Assembly: GCA_033764315.1 (NCBI GenBank)
Contig: JANRJA010000097.1
Coordinates: 1 to 60,591, forward strand
Direction: 5' to 3'
Origin: Oculatellaceae cyanobacterium bins.114
Lineage (GTDB): Bacteria; Cyanobacteriota; Cyanobacteriia; Elainellales; Elainellaceae
Length of the DNA: 60,591 bases
A program made the translations under genes and the position numbers. Below the pieces are notes generated by a model, which was given only the letters and a program-made list of their open reading frames with translations, had not been told where the DNA came from and did no database searches. Positions 49,608 through 59,615 of the stretch are shown piece after piece. Numbering within the stretch: the stretch's first letter is position 1; every line of letters starts with the position of its first letter.

Positions 49608-52600
49608 TTACACACCAACGATGATTTGGTTGACGGTGAGATTGGGAGCACCCTGAAGAGTCGCGATCGCTGTTGCAACAAATACTCCTGCCCCGTCTAC
49701 GTCAAAACTCAATAGCCCTGTTGCGGTGTTGTACAACACCGCTCCACTGCTGTCTAGCGCAGCTGGATTAGAACCACTCACAAAACTACCTGTCTCCAGC
49801 TGAGTATTAAGTGCTACTCCAGCAACAAGACTGCCACCAAAGCCAGCGGCTGAAATTTGCAACTTATCATTTGGTTTAAAATTGGCAATTTGATCGACTC
49901 CATCTGCAGGAGTGTTGAAAACAAAGATGTCTGCAGCAGATGTGCCTGAGAGTGTTTCGTTGCCAGGTTGATTGTTAATGGTGTTAACGCCAACACTGCC
50001 CGTCAGTGCATCAGCAGAGGAACCGCTGACTACATTAGAAGGCATTTGCCAGAGCTTGACGGTGCCATCTTCACTGGCTGTCACCATGTATTGCCCATCA
50101 CTAGAGAAGTCAATATATTCCACGCCCTGCGTGTGCACCACAAATTGACCTACCAGACTGAAATCTGAGGTGCGATAGATTCTAAAACCAGTACTCGCGT
50201 CAGGCCCATCATCTTGAAAATCGCCGCCGCCCGTAGCAAGATAACGACCATCCGGTGAAAATGCCACTGCTTCCATATAGGAATCGCCATGAGATAGGGT
50301 TCTAATGGTTGCCCCATCAGATACGCGAAACACTTTAACGACACTTTCTGCCCCGTTGGCTGTGGCAAATAGAGTGCCATCAGCCGATAATCGCACCGAT
50401 TTGATGGAACCCCCGGCGACTGAAGTGGCGGATGAAGCGGTGACACGACGGATTAAGCTGCCATCTGATGTATTAGAAATTCTCACCGTTCGGTCAGCTG
50501 CTCCTGATACCAAGATCTGGCTATCTCGGCTGAAATCAATTGAGTTGACTTCACCACTGTGAGTAATGCGACCGCTGTAGCGCAGTGCCCAAGTTGCGGG
50601 GTTATACATTCTCACATCACTGCCTGCCGGACCCCCAAAATATTGTCCATTGGGTGAAAAAGCAATACCATCGGCTCCTGATGTGCTTAAGGTGCTCAGG
50701 AAAGTGCCATCACTGGCTCGATAAAGTCTAATTCCAGCAGTGTTACCCGCAGCTGCGACTGTTTGACCATCAGGAGAGAAATAAACAGCTTCAATTTCTC
50801 CTTGCTTATTGGTTAACGATCCACTCCAATAGACGCTTTCCCAGACTAGCGAACCGTCACTAACTCGAAAGAGTCTGATTTTGCCATCCCCGGCTCCTGT
50901 GGCAATAAACTGACCATCGGGTGAAAATTCAGCCGTTTCAGTGGTGCCTACGCTCCCTCGTGAATCAACGGCGATCGTCCGCAGTAGAGTTGGTGCTTCA
51001 GAGGAGGGCACATTGATTTGAAACGTCCCGAGCGATCGCCCCAGCGCAGGATTGTTGCTGGTGTCATTCACTTGATTGGGTTGCAGAGAGACGGTATAAG
51101 TGCCGTTCTCATTAAAATTCCAATTGCCATCTCCTGCCATTATCTGATAGGTGGCTGTTCGAGGAGAGCCATTACCAGAGGGAGTCACGCCAACAAAGGT
51201 TGCTGGTTGGTCAAATCCACTAGGTCCTGTAACTCGAATATCACTACCATCTAGGCTTGAGACATCGACTGCGGCGTTATCACTATAAGTCACAGTAAAG
51301 GTATAGTTTGCACCTCCTCCGGTGGTTAGCGTTGGTGCAGTTAGTTGAGCGGTAGGTGGAGTTGTATCAGATGTAGGTGTGCTGACTGGGCGAAACTCGA
51401 TGTAATCGACACGAGCATGCTCACTACTCTGCTCAGTTCCTAAGATCTCTAACAAATCGCCACTGTTAACCACTCGATTAGTAGCGATCGTTCGGATGAC
51501 CCGGTTACTGGTACTAATGCCACCATTGCCTAAGTTTTGATTGAGCGTCCAGCTATCTAGGGTTTGACCTGCCAACTTGACTTGTAGACTGGCTGTGCCA
51601 TCATTTTCATCAAAATAGCTAATGACAATGTCATAGGTACCAGAGGCAAGGCTCAAAGCTCTTGATGCCGTTCCTGTTTCACCCGTTGCTCCGCCAACAA
51701 AGCTAATGAGGTTTCCACCAGAGGCAATAGAGCTAGCCTCAACCCGATAGCTACCTGTGCGAGTCAGACTCTCGGCCTCAATCCGAGTGGTTGCAGGTGG
51801 AGTATCATTATCAACAATCGTCAGAGTGGCAGTAGTTTGAGTTCCCAGGGTGGCTCCTCCGGTGGGATTACTCAAGGTCAAATTAACGGTTTCATTGCCC
51901 TCGACATCTGTGTCATTGACCAGGGGAATAGTGACCGTTTGAGTGGTTTGGCCGTCAGCAAAGTTGATCACAATCGGCGTGCTGGTGAAGTCACTGCCAG
52001 CCGTTGCTGTTCCATTAGTGGGCGTGACGGTAGCACTAACCGCTCCACTGTTGCCGCCTGTTCTTGTTACCGTGACGGTAGTAATGGGAGTGCCATTCTC
52101 ATTGGCACTATAGGTTGCATTGCTAAACGCTAGCGTGCCAGGATTAGGAGTAAAGTCATTATCAACAATCGTCAGAGTGGCAGTAGTTTGAGTTCCTAGT
52201 GTGGCTCCCCCCGTGGGATTGCTCAGAGTCATGTTGACGGTTTCATTGCCCTCGACATCGGTGTCATTGGTGATGGGAATAGTGACAGTCTGACTGGTTT
52301 GACCCTCGGCAAAGTTGACCACGATTGGAGTGCTGGTGAAGTCACTGCCAGCGGTTGCCGTTCCATTGGTGGGAGTAACGGTGGCACTGACCGCTCCACT
52401 GCTGCCGCCTGTTCTTGTTACCGTGACGGTGGAAACAGGAGTGCCGTTTTCGTTGACACTGTAAGTGGCAGAGCTAAAAGCTAGAGTGCCAGGAGTAGGA
52501 GTCGGATTGCTAACTGGGACAAACTCAATGTAATCAATTCGAGTAGACTCGCCTAAGTTTTCTCGCCCAAAAATAGAGAGGACATTGGTGGCATCAACGG

Positions 52601-52937
52601 TTAGTGCACTGGCGATTTGTCGTCTGACAAAGGTACGACGGTCAGCGGCAGTCCTGGCGAAACTAGCATTGAGGTCAATGCCACTAATGAGAGAGCCACC
52701 GAGGGAAACTTCGATGCGACCGACACCGTCATTTTCATCAAAGTAGCCGAGGTAGACATCGTAAGTGCCAGAAGTCAGACCAAAGCTAGCGAGTCCTCCA
52801 GCTCCTGTGCTGGCGGTGCCAGTTTCATTTGCACTACCACCTGCAAAGCCAATCATGCTTCCACCGGAGGCAGCCCCACTCGACTCAACTCGAAATCCAA
52901 CTCGTTGCAAACTTTCTGCTTGAATGCGAGTGGTCAT
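49608..52937 (-). CDS. Secreted modular protein B: CBM-like x2, Calx-beta x2, Ig-like, WD40 propeller, degenerate RTX C-terminus
   Basis: Same cassettes as its neighbours; about 7 FSPDG..ATG..DG.I/V.L WD40 blades; C-terminal YNTATGLLSFDVDG..IATLQGAP. Confidence 0.87.
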   Translation of the reverse strand: MTTRIQAESLQRVGFRVESSGAASGGSMIGFAGGSANETGTASTGAGGLASFGLTSGTYDVYLGYFDENDGVGRIEVSLGGSLISGIDLNASFARTAADRRTFVRRQIASALTVDATNVLSIFGRENLGESTRIDYIEFVPVSNPTPTPGTLAFSSATYSVNENGTPVSTVTVTRTGGSSGAVSATVTPTNGTATAGSDFTSTPIVVNFAEGQTSQTVTIPITNDTDVEGNETVNMTLSNPTGGATLGTQTTATLTIVDNDFTPNPGTLAFSNATYSANENGTPITTVTVTRTGGNSGAVSATVTPTNGTATAGSDFTSTPIVINFADGQTTQTVTIPLVNDTDVEGNETVNLTLSNPTGGATLGTQTTATLTIVDNDTPPATTRIEAESLTRTGSYRVEASSIASGGNLISFVGGATGETGTASRALSLASGTYDIVISYFDENDGTASLQVKLAGQTLDSWTLNQNLGNGGISTSNRVIRTIATNRVVNSGDLLEILGTEQSSEHARVDYIEFRPVSTPTSDTTPPTAQLTAPTLTTGGGANYTFTVTYSDNAAVDVSSLDGSDIRVTGPSGFDQPATFVGVTPSGNGSPRTATYQIMAGDGNWNFNENGTYTVSLQPNQVNDTSNNPALGRSLGTFQINVPSSEAPTLLRTIAVDSRGSVGTTETAEFSPDGQFIATGAGDGKIRLFRVSDGSLVWESVYWSGSLTNKQGEIEAVYFSPDGQTVAAAGNTAGIRLYRASDGTFLSTLSTSGADGIAFSPNGQYFGGPAGSDVRMYNPATWALRYSGRITHSGEVNSIDFSRDSQILVSGAADRTVRISNTSDGSLIRRVTASSATSVAGGSIKSVRLSADGTLFATANGAESVVKVFRVSDGATIRTLSHGDSYMEAVAFSPDGRYLATGGGDFQDDGPDASTGFRIYRTSDFSLVGQFVVHTQGVEYIDFSSDGQYMVTASEDGTVKLWQMPSNVVSGSSADALTGSVGVNTINNQPGNETLSGTSAADIFVFNTPADGVDQIANFKPNDKLQISAAGFGGSLVAGVALNTQLETGSFVSGSNPAALDSSGAVLYNTATGLLSFDVDGAGVFVATAIATLQGAPNLTVNQIIVGV

Positions 52938-53185
52938 ACAAACCCCTTTAGGTAGAGTTTCTTAAAACAACTCAGTCAATGATTTGTTAGGAAATCAGTG
53001 GTTTTACTGAGTAAACAAGATCTATCTTATAAAGTTTTTTACTTTCAGTTGAGAATAAAAATTAATAACCTGTGAAGACATTGTGAAGCTTATCACTAGT
53101 CTTATTGTCTTAAAAGTAGTCAGGTATGCTTACCATCCTTGACAGTACTTTACTCTACTGCTTTGAGTGGGATGGCAGAAAACTG

Positions 53186-56100
53186 CTAAACACCAATGAC
53201 GATTTGGTTGACGGTGAGATTAGGAGCACCTTGGAGAGTGGCGATCGCCACTGTTGCCCCAATCCCTAAACCATCGCCATCAAAGCTAACCACTCCAGTG
53301 GTGGTGCTATAAAGCACATGCGGATTGGTGCTGACTGCCGTTGGATTGGCATCACTAACAAACACACCACTAGAGTTATCAACGGTGCTCAACAACATGC
53401 CAGCTACCAACCCATTAAAACCACTGGCTGACAACTGCAACACATCTTGATTGCTGAAATCTGTAATGGTGTCTCCTCCGTGATTTGCTTGCTGATAGAC
53501 AAAGGTGTCAGCTCCTGCGCCCCCTGTCAATAGGTCACTGCCTGCGCCTCCCTCAATGGAGTTGACACTGGCGTTGCCAACGAGGGTGTCTTGAAAGGGG
53601 GAGCCGATGATGTTTTCAATATTGATCAGGGTGTCGCGATCGCTAATTGCCTCATACCAGCGATCGCCCAGTTCGTCATAACCCGCTTGCGTGGGGTGTA
53701 GACCATCGGTGGTCAGATCATTCAATTCTAGTGCCCCACCCACATCTACAAACGCGACGCGCCGATTGTTTGCGGCGGCGGTATTAACGATGCCTGAAAT
53801 CTCGTCGTTGAAAGCATCAATGCGAGCATTACGGACTTCATCTTCAGCTGGTGAAACGGTGGATACCACCAACAGAGTATTGGGAACCCGTGTGGTGATT
53901 TCGGTGATTAGAGCTTCCAAGTCACTTTTCATTTCATTTAGAGAGATGAAGTCATTGCCAGCATCATTGGTGCCAATCATCATCAAAATGACATCTGGTT
54001 GATAAGACTCTAAGAATCCGGGATCATCCACGAGACCGCGAATCTGATCCATCGTCCAGCCTCGATGTCCTTCATGATTGGGGTCAAAGGGGTTGGCAGG
54101 GCCGTTGCTTAAAGACCCTACAAAATCGATTCCAAACCCGTCTTGCGTAAAGCGGTTAAACAGTTGAATGCGATAGGCACCGGGAACCGGATTGGTGGTG
54201 TGCTCTCCAGCGGTAATCGAGTCACCCAACGGCATGATCTTGGGAGTAGATAGTCCTCCATAGATTGGCTTCAACACGCGACCATTGCTAAGATTCGCCA
54301 CAATGCCAGTGGTGGCTTGAGAATAATCAGCGGTGTCAAATCCGTGACCACCCTCTAGTGTGTTGTTGCCTGCCCCCCCATCCAAAATGTCATCGCCTGC
54401 TTCACCGATTACGATGTCATCTCCACCCACGCCATGAATCACATTAGCGATCGCATCCCCTACCAATGTTTCAGATGCCTCAGTACCGACAATCGGAGGA
54501 GTAGCTGTAGTAGCGTTGCCATTGGCAATATTGACCACTTCGATCGCGACATCGTTTGCTCCCAATGGGGAGGTTAAGGTACGCCAATCGCCCCCTTCGA
54601 TAGAACCCCCTGCTGTATATTGACCTGTGGTGACGTTATACCACCGCACCCGATAGGTGCCTGTGACGTTGCTGAGGTCTAAATCTACCGATCCCCCGTT
54701 TCTTAAATAAATACCGTAGGCAATCCCCGTTTGCGCAAAAGCATAGTTGCCATTGGTATTGGAGAGCAGCGCATTGTTGGGTGCCATTGTGTTGAAGGGC
54801 AACGCCTCCACAAACTGACGGGCATAGCGCATGTCAGTCCACATAGGTTCAACCTGGGTGGGTGTCACCGTACCGCCTGCGCCTGTGACTGGGTCCTGGT
54901 AATAGTAATGCAACTCATAAATACCGCCCGCCAAGTAAGTGGGATACAACACCTCCGATCGCATTTTGAGACGAGTGGAGTTGTTCACTACATCCACGCG
55001 AGGCGTTTCATCGATGCTAATCGGAATCGGTCGTCCCTGAGTGATGCTGGCGTTCCGATTATTGATAACAAAGGTGTTGACGTTTGGGATTGTAGTCGTT
55101 GAGAACAGTTCAGCTCCACCCGGTGGATCGATTTCGATACTGGTGAGGTCAAAGTTGCTATTGCCAAAAAATTGCCAGGTGTTGCTGGTGGAACGGTGTA
55201 CCGTAATTGGATGATCGTAGGGATCGAGGCTGCGGAGTTGACTGGCAAACTGACGCAGTTGGGCATCCGTGTAGTTTTCTTCCGCTTCTTCCCCAATATT
55301 CCAGATAATGCCAGGAAGATGACCAAACCGAGCAATCATTTCCCGATAGTAGAGAGTGCGATCGTACCCACTCCAGGCGTTGTCATCTTCTAGCACCATA
55401 TGAATCACCATGTTCCGACTTTGAACATAGGTGAAAAAGTCTTCCCACTGCTGCAATCGACTAATATCAAAGCGGGTTGAACTGCCAGTGGAGTTGGTCT
55501 TAGCGGTGGCAAGTGTATCTCCTAGCCAAGGCCAAGCATCATTGCCATCGCCATCCACATTATTGGTGATGATATAAACCGAATTCACGCCCCGACTCGC
55601 CAGGTAATCAATCGTGGCTCTCTTCGCATTAAAGTCTCCCAGTGCCGTTCCTAAAATGGCCTCAGGATCATCTGCTCCCCCCTTGATCCAATATCCGCCA
55701 TCAGCAAAGCGCAGATAGTGGCTATCGGCATACAATAGCCGTCCTTGCCGAAAGAGATCGGGGGCAGAAGTCGGAGTGGTGTTGACGGTAAAGGAACCGT
55801 TGTAACCGTTGAGCAATGAATTGGTACTGGATGTGGTGAAGCTCCAGTTGCCGATCGAGTTGGCACTAAACCGCACTTTCCAGATGTTGCCTGTGCTGCC
55901 TCCATTGCCATTTCCATCGTAAAAGGCAGGCACCGTGAAGGTGCCTCCAGGTCCAGTGAAGGTGACATCCACTGAGATTAGAAATGGGTTGGGATTTCCA
56001 CTCTCACTACTTTGAGGTCCAGGCAGATTGATCTCAATTTCTTGCCACTTGCCAACCGTACCAACCGCCCCCAGATCACGCTCGTTATCAGTAACGTTAA

Positions 56101-58753
56101 CCGTCAGGGTAGGAATCGAAATAGTGTTGAAGCGAGGGTCGGTGCTGGTGGTGGTGTGGCTAATGGTGCCCGTGTGAACAGGGGATTCAAATACGGTGTC
56201 ATTGACCGCATTGACTGTTATTGTGCGGGGTTGATCCCAATCTGTGGGTGTAAAGGTGAGTGAGGTCAAGTTGGTGCTCACCTGACTGTTAGAGGCGATC
56301 GCCACTGTGACATTTGCAGTTGGCTGACTATTTAAAACAAGGGTGTAAGTGTCTGAGTTGCCGCCTTCGGTTACATCCGTGCTGTTGCCAGAGGGGGCGA
56401 TCGTAATTCCTCCAGGTGGCGTAGGGGTGCTGACTGGGCGAAACTCAACGTAGTCTATCCGAGCATGCTCCTCTGTTTGCTCAGTACCCAAAATCTCCAG
56501 CAAGTCTCCATTATTGACAAAGCGACTAGTGGCGATCGTTCGGATAACTCGGGTGCCATTGCTAATACCAGATCCTCCCAAGTTTTGGTTGAGCGTCCAG
56601 CTATCGAGGGTTTGACCCGCTAACTTGACCTGCACACTTGCCGCCCCGTCATTTTCATCAAAGTAACTAATGACAATGTCATAGGTGCCGGAGGCAAGGC
56701 TGAGATTGCCAAACGCCGTTCCTGTTTCTCCGGTTGCTCCTCCGACAAAGCTGATGAGCCGCCCACCCGAAGCGATGGAGTTTGATTCTGAGCGATAGCT
56801 ACCCGTGCGAGTCAAACTCTCGGCTTCAATCCGGATGGGTGGAGGTGGAGTGTCATTATCAACAATCGTCAGAGTAGCAGTGGTTTGAGTTCCCAGCGTG
56901 GCTCCCCCAGTGGGATTGCTCAAACTCAAGTTAACGGTTTCATTACTTTCAACTTGAGTGTCATTGAGGATGGGGATTGTCACTGTTTGAGTGGTTTGAC
57001 CCTCAGCAAAGTTGACCACAATTGGAGTGCTAGTGAAGTCACTTCCAGCCGTTGCCGTCCCATTGGTGGGAGTAACGGTGGCACTGACCGCTCCAATGCT
57101 ACCCCCTGTTCGCGTTACGGTGACAGTAGTAACGGGAGTGCCGTTTTCATTGACACTGTAAGTGGCAGAGCTAAAGGCTAGAGTGCCAGGACTATCATTA
57201 TCGATAATTGTTAGAGTGGCAGTGGTTTGAGTTCCCAGGGTGGCTCCTCCAGTGGGATTGCTCAAACTCAAGTTAACGGTTTCATTCCCTTCGACATCGG
57301 TGTCGTTTGTGATGGGGATCGTCACTGTTTGAGTGGTTTGACCCTCAGCAAAGTTGACCACAATTGGAGTGCTGGTGAAATCATTTCCAGCCGTTGCCGT
57401 TCCGTTTGTTGGAGTTACTGTTGCACTAATCGCTCCACTGCTGCCGCCTGTTCGCGTTACGGTGACGGTAGTAACAGGAGTGCCATTTTCATTGACACTG
57501 TAAGTGGCAGAGCTAAAAGCTAGAGTGCCGGGAGTAGGAGTTGGATTGCTGACTGGGCGAAACTCGATGTAATCGACACGAGCATGTTCAACGCCCTGCT
57601 CAGTCCCTAAAATTTCTAGCAGGTCGCCACTGTTAACCACTCGATTAGTAGCGATCGTGCGGATGACCCGGTTACTGGTACTAATGCCACCATTGCCTAA
57701 GTTTTGATTGAGCGTCCAGCTATCTAGCGTCTGACCTGCCAACTTGACTTGCAAACTGGCTGTGCCATCATTTTCATCAAAATAGCTAATGACAATGTCA
57801 TAGGTGCCAGAAGCAAGGCTCAAAGCTCTTGATGCCGCTCCTGTTTCACCCGTTGCTCCGCCAACAAAACTAATGAGGTTTCCACCAGAGGCAATGGAGC
57901 TGGCCTCAATTCGATAGCTGCCAGTGCGAGTTAAGCTTTCTGCTTCAATTCGAGTGGTTGCAGGTGGAGTGTTACTATCAATAATGGTTAGGATGGCAGT
58001 AGTTTGAGTTCCTAATGTGGCTCCTCCGGTGGGATTGCTCAGAGTCAAGTTAATGGTTTCATTGCCCTCGACGTCGGTGTCATTTGTGATGGGGATCGTG
58101 ACCGTTTGACTGGTTTGACCCTCAGCAAAGTTGACCACAATTGGAGTGCTGGTGAAGTCACTGCCAGCCGTTGCCGTTCCGTTTGTGGGAGTTACTGTTG
58201 CACTAACGGCTCCACTACTACCGCCTGTTCGCGTTACGGTGACAGTAGTAACAGGAGTGCCATTTTCATTGACACTGTAAGTGGCAGAGCTAAATGCTAA
58301 GGTTCCTGGAGTGGGAGTCGGATTATTGACTGGGACAAACTCGATGTAGTCAATTCGAGTAGACTCGCCTAAGTTTTCTCGCCCAAAAATAGAGAGGACA
58401 TTGGTGGCATCAATCGTCAGTCCACTAGCGATTTGTCGTCTGACAAAGGTACGACGGTCAGCGGCAGTACTCGGCAGGGAGGCGTTAAGGTCAATGCCAC
58501 TAATGAGAGAGCCACCGAGGGAAACTTCGATGCGACCGACACCGTCATTTTCATCAAAGTAGCCGAGATAGACATCGTAAGTGCCAGAGGTCAGACCAAA
58601 GCTAGCAAGTCCTCCAGCTCCTGTGCTGGCGGTGCCAGTTTCATTTGCACTACCACCTGCGAAGCCGATTAAGCTACTGCCCGAAGCAGCACTGTTTGAC
58701 TCAACTCGAAATCCAACGCGTTGCAAACTTTCTGCTTGAATGCGAGTGGTCAT
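53186..58753 (-). CDS. Secreted modular protein C: CBM-like x3, Calx-beta x3, DUF5060 + GH-A-like domain, RTX repeats with embedded SGNH/GDSL esterase
   Basis: ATG at 58753 with AAGGAG RBS; WNIGEE, ISIDE; PLGDSIT, GHRG, IGTND, DGLHP; GGAGxD repeats. Confidence 0.87.
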   Translation of the reverse strand: MTTRIQAESLQRVGFRVESNSAASGSSLIGFAGGSANETGTASTGAGGLASFGLTSGTYDVYLGYFDENDGVGRIEVSLGGSLISGIDLNASLPSTAADRRTFVRRQIASGLTIDATNVLSIFGRENLGESTRIDYIEFVPVNNPTPTPGTLAFSSATYSVNENGTPVTTVTVTRTGGSSGAVSATVTPTNGTATAGSDFTSTPIVVNFAEGQTSQTVTIPITNDTDVEGNETINLTLSNPTGGATLGTQTTAILTIIDSNTPPATTRIEAESLTRTGSYRIEASSIASGGNLISFVGGATGETGAASRALSLASGTYDIVISYFDENDGTASLQVKLAGQTLDSWTLNQNLGNGGISTSNRVIRTIATNRVVNSGDLLEILGTEQGVEHARVDYIEFRPVSNPTPTPGTLAFSSATYSVNENGTPVTTVTVTRTGGSSGAISATVTPTNGTATAGNDFTSTPIVVNFAEGQTTQTVTIPITNDTDVEGNETVNLSLSNPTGGATLGTQTTATLTIIDNDSPGTLAFSSATYSVNENGTPVTTVTVTRTGGSIGAVSATVTPTNGTATAGSDFTSTPIVVNFAEGQTTQTVTIPILNDTQVESNETVNLSLSNPTGGATLGTQTTATLTIVDNDTPPPPIRIEAESLTRTGSYRSESNSIASGGRLISFVGGATGETGTAFGNLSLASGTYDIVISYFDENDGAASVQVKLAGQTLDSWTLNQNLGGSGISNGTRVIRTIATSRFVNNGDLLEILGTEQTEEHARIDYVEFRPVSTPTPPGGITIAPSGNSTDVTEGGNSDTYTLVLNSQPTANVTVAIASNSQVSTNLTSLTFTPTDWDQPRTITVNAVNDTVFESPVHTGTISHTTTSTDPRFNTISIPTLTVNVTDNERDLGAVGTVGKWQEIEINLPGPQSSESGNPNPFLISVDVTFTGPGGTFTVPAFYDGNGNGGSTGNIWKVRFSANSIGNWSFTTSSTNSLLNGYNGSFTVNTTPTSAPDLFRQGRLLYADSHYLRFADGGYWIKGGADDPEAILGTALGDFNAKRATIDYLASRGVNSVYIITNNVDGDGNDAWPWLGDTLATAKTNSTGSSTRFDISRLQQWEDFFTYVQSRNMVIHMVLEDDNAWSGYDRTLYYREMIARFGHLPGIIWNIGEEAEENYTDAQLRQFASQLRSLDPYDHPITVHRSTSNTWQFFGNSNFDLTSIEIDPPGGAELFSTTTIPNVNTFVINNRNASITQGRPIPISIDETPRVDVVNNSTRLKMRSEVLYPTYLAGGIYELHYYYQDPVTGAGGTVTPTQVEPMWTDMRYARQFVEALPFNTMAPNNALLSNTNGNYAFAQTGIAYGIYLRNGGSVDLDLSNVTGTYRVRWYNVTTGQYTAGGSIEGGDWRTLTSPLGANDVAIEVVNIANGNATTATPPIVGTEASETLVGDAIANVIHGVGGDDIVIGEAGDDILDGGAGNNTLEGGHGFDTADYSQATTGIVANLSNGRVLKPIYGGLSTPKIMPLGDSITAGEHTTNPVPGAYRIQLFNRFTQDGFGIDFVGSLSNGPANPFDPNHEGHRGWTMDQIRGLVDDPGFLESYQPDVILMMIGTNDAGNDFISLNEMKSDLEALITEITTRVPNTLLVVSTVSPAEDEVRNARIDAFNDEISGIVNTAAANNRRVAFVDVGGALELNDLTTDGLHPTQAGYDELGDRWYEAISDRDTLINIENIIGSPFQDTLVGNASVNSIEGGAGSDLLTGGAGADTFVYQQANHGGDTITDFSNQDVLQLSASGFNGLVAGMLLSTVDNSSGVFVSDANPTAVSTNPHVLYSTTTGVVSFDGDGLGIGATVAIATLQGAPNLTVNQIVIGV

Positions 58754-59425
58754 GCAAACTCCTTCCAATTAGGGTTAGTTTGGATCTGTCTTTGAAGGCG
58801 AGCAATAGATAGATTTCAAAAAATTGGGGGTGAGATCAATGGGAGTCAAAACAGGTGAAAATTTAATGCAAAATCAGCAGCATAGATTGGATGAACAAAT
58901 ACAACTAAAAATAGTTAGTTGTTCATCCTAATCAAGTTTTTTTGCATCCCCTGTAGAAGACATTTATATGAGCTAAATGCCTTTATTTGCTCAATCGTTC
59001 AGTGCTAAATTACTTCAAATCTTGACGTTGGAGATGAGGGAGTTTCATGTCAGAACATTGTGTGAGTACTTACAAGTGAGTTATGTCTGTGAAGTGCAAA
59101 ATTCCCTTTTAGCAATGCTAGAGAATTGCTTTAAAACGCTTCATAGGGAAAATCTTTCAGTGAATCTACTTCAGTATTGTTTCGATCGCACTGTTCGGGA
59201 TAAAACACGGGATTTTTCATCTTTTTACATAGGAACCTATCTATTTCCCGGATTTTTAGACCGAAATATGACAAATTTCTAGTAAAAGGTGACGTTATAA
59301 AGAACGGGGTCAGTTCAGGAGGATCACGGAATACGGAATGATGCCTTAACTCTTTATACCTGATGTAAGGTAATCTTAAACATCCTTAAATCAGTATCTT
59401 CACTGAAACTTGTGATTTTACAAGG

Positions 59426-59447
59426 GATTTAAGGAATGCCTTAAATC
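59426..59447. promoter_or_regulatory. Palindrome in the AT-rich region upstream of gene C (possible operator)
   Basis: GATTTAAGG-AATG-CCTTAAATC perfect 9-bp IR; additional CCTTAA half-sites at 59344 and 59384. Confidence 0.35.
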
Positions 59448-59615
59448 TTGTATGAAGACTCTAAAGATTAGGGTTATTAACTGCATAAAGCTCAAGAGGG
59501 ATTCTCAAGAGGTTTTTACAAGGTTCCTATCAAAGTTTCATTTTTAATGATTTGTCCTTTTCACTCTGTCCTGCCATATCTCTTAATAACTCCGCCACAG
59601 TTCCTATCTCAATTC

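Noticed and set aside
48817-58672. Family of similar ~98-aa plus-strand ORFs (MSSQGG...)
   Set aside because: Antisense by-products of the repeated Calx-beta and N-terminal cassettes
45658-58753. Diversity-generating retroelement (template/variable repeat) explanation for the cassettes
   Set aside because: All copies are in-frame coding, differences seen are largely synonymous and not adenine-specific, and no reverse transcriptase is present
58977-59282. 101-aa ORF in the AT-rich intergenic region
   Set aside because: No motif, opposite to the flanking genes, atypical composition
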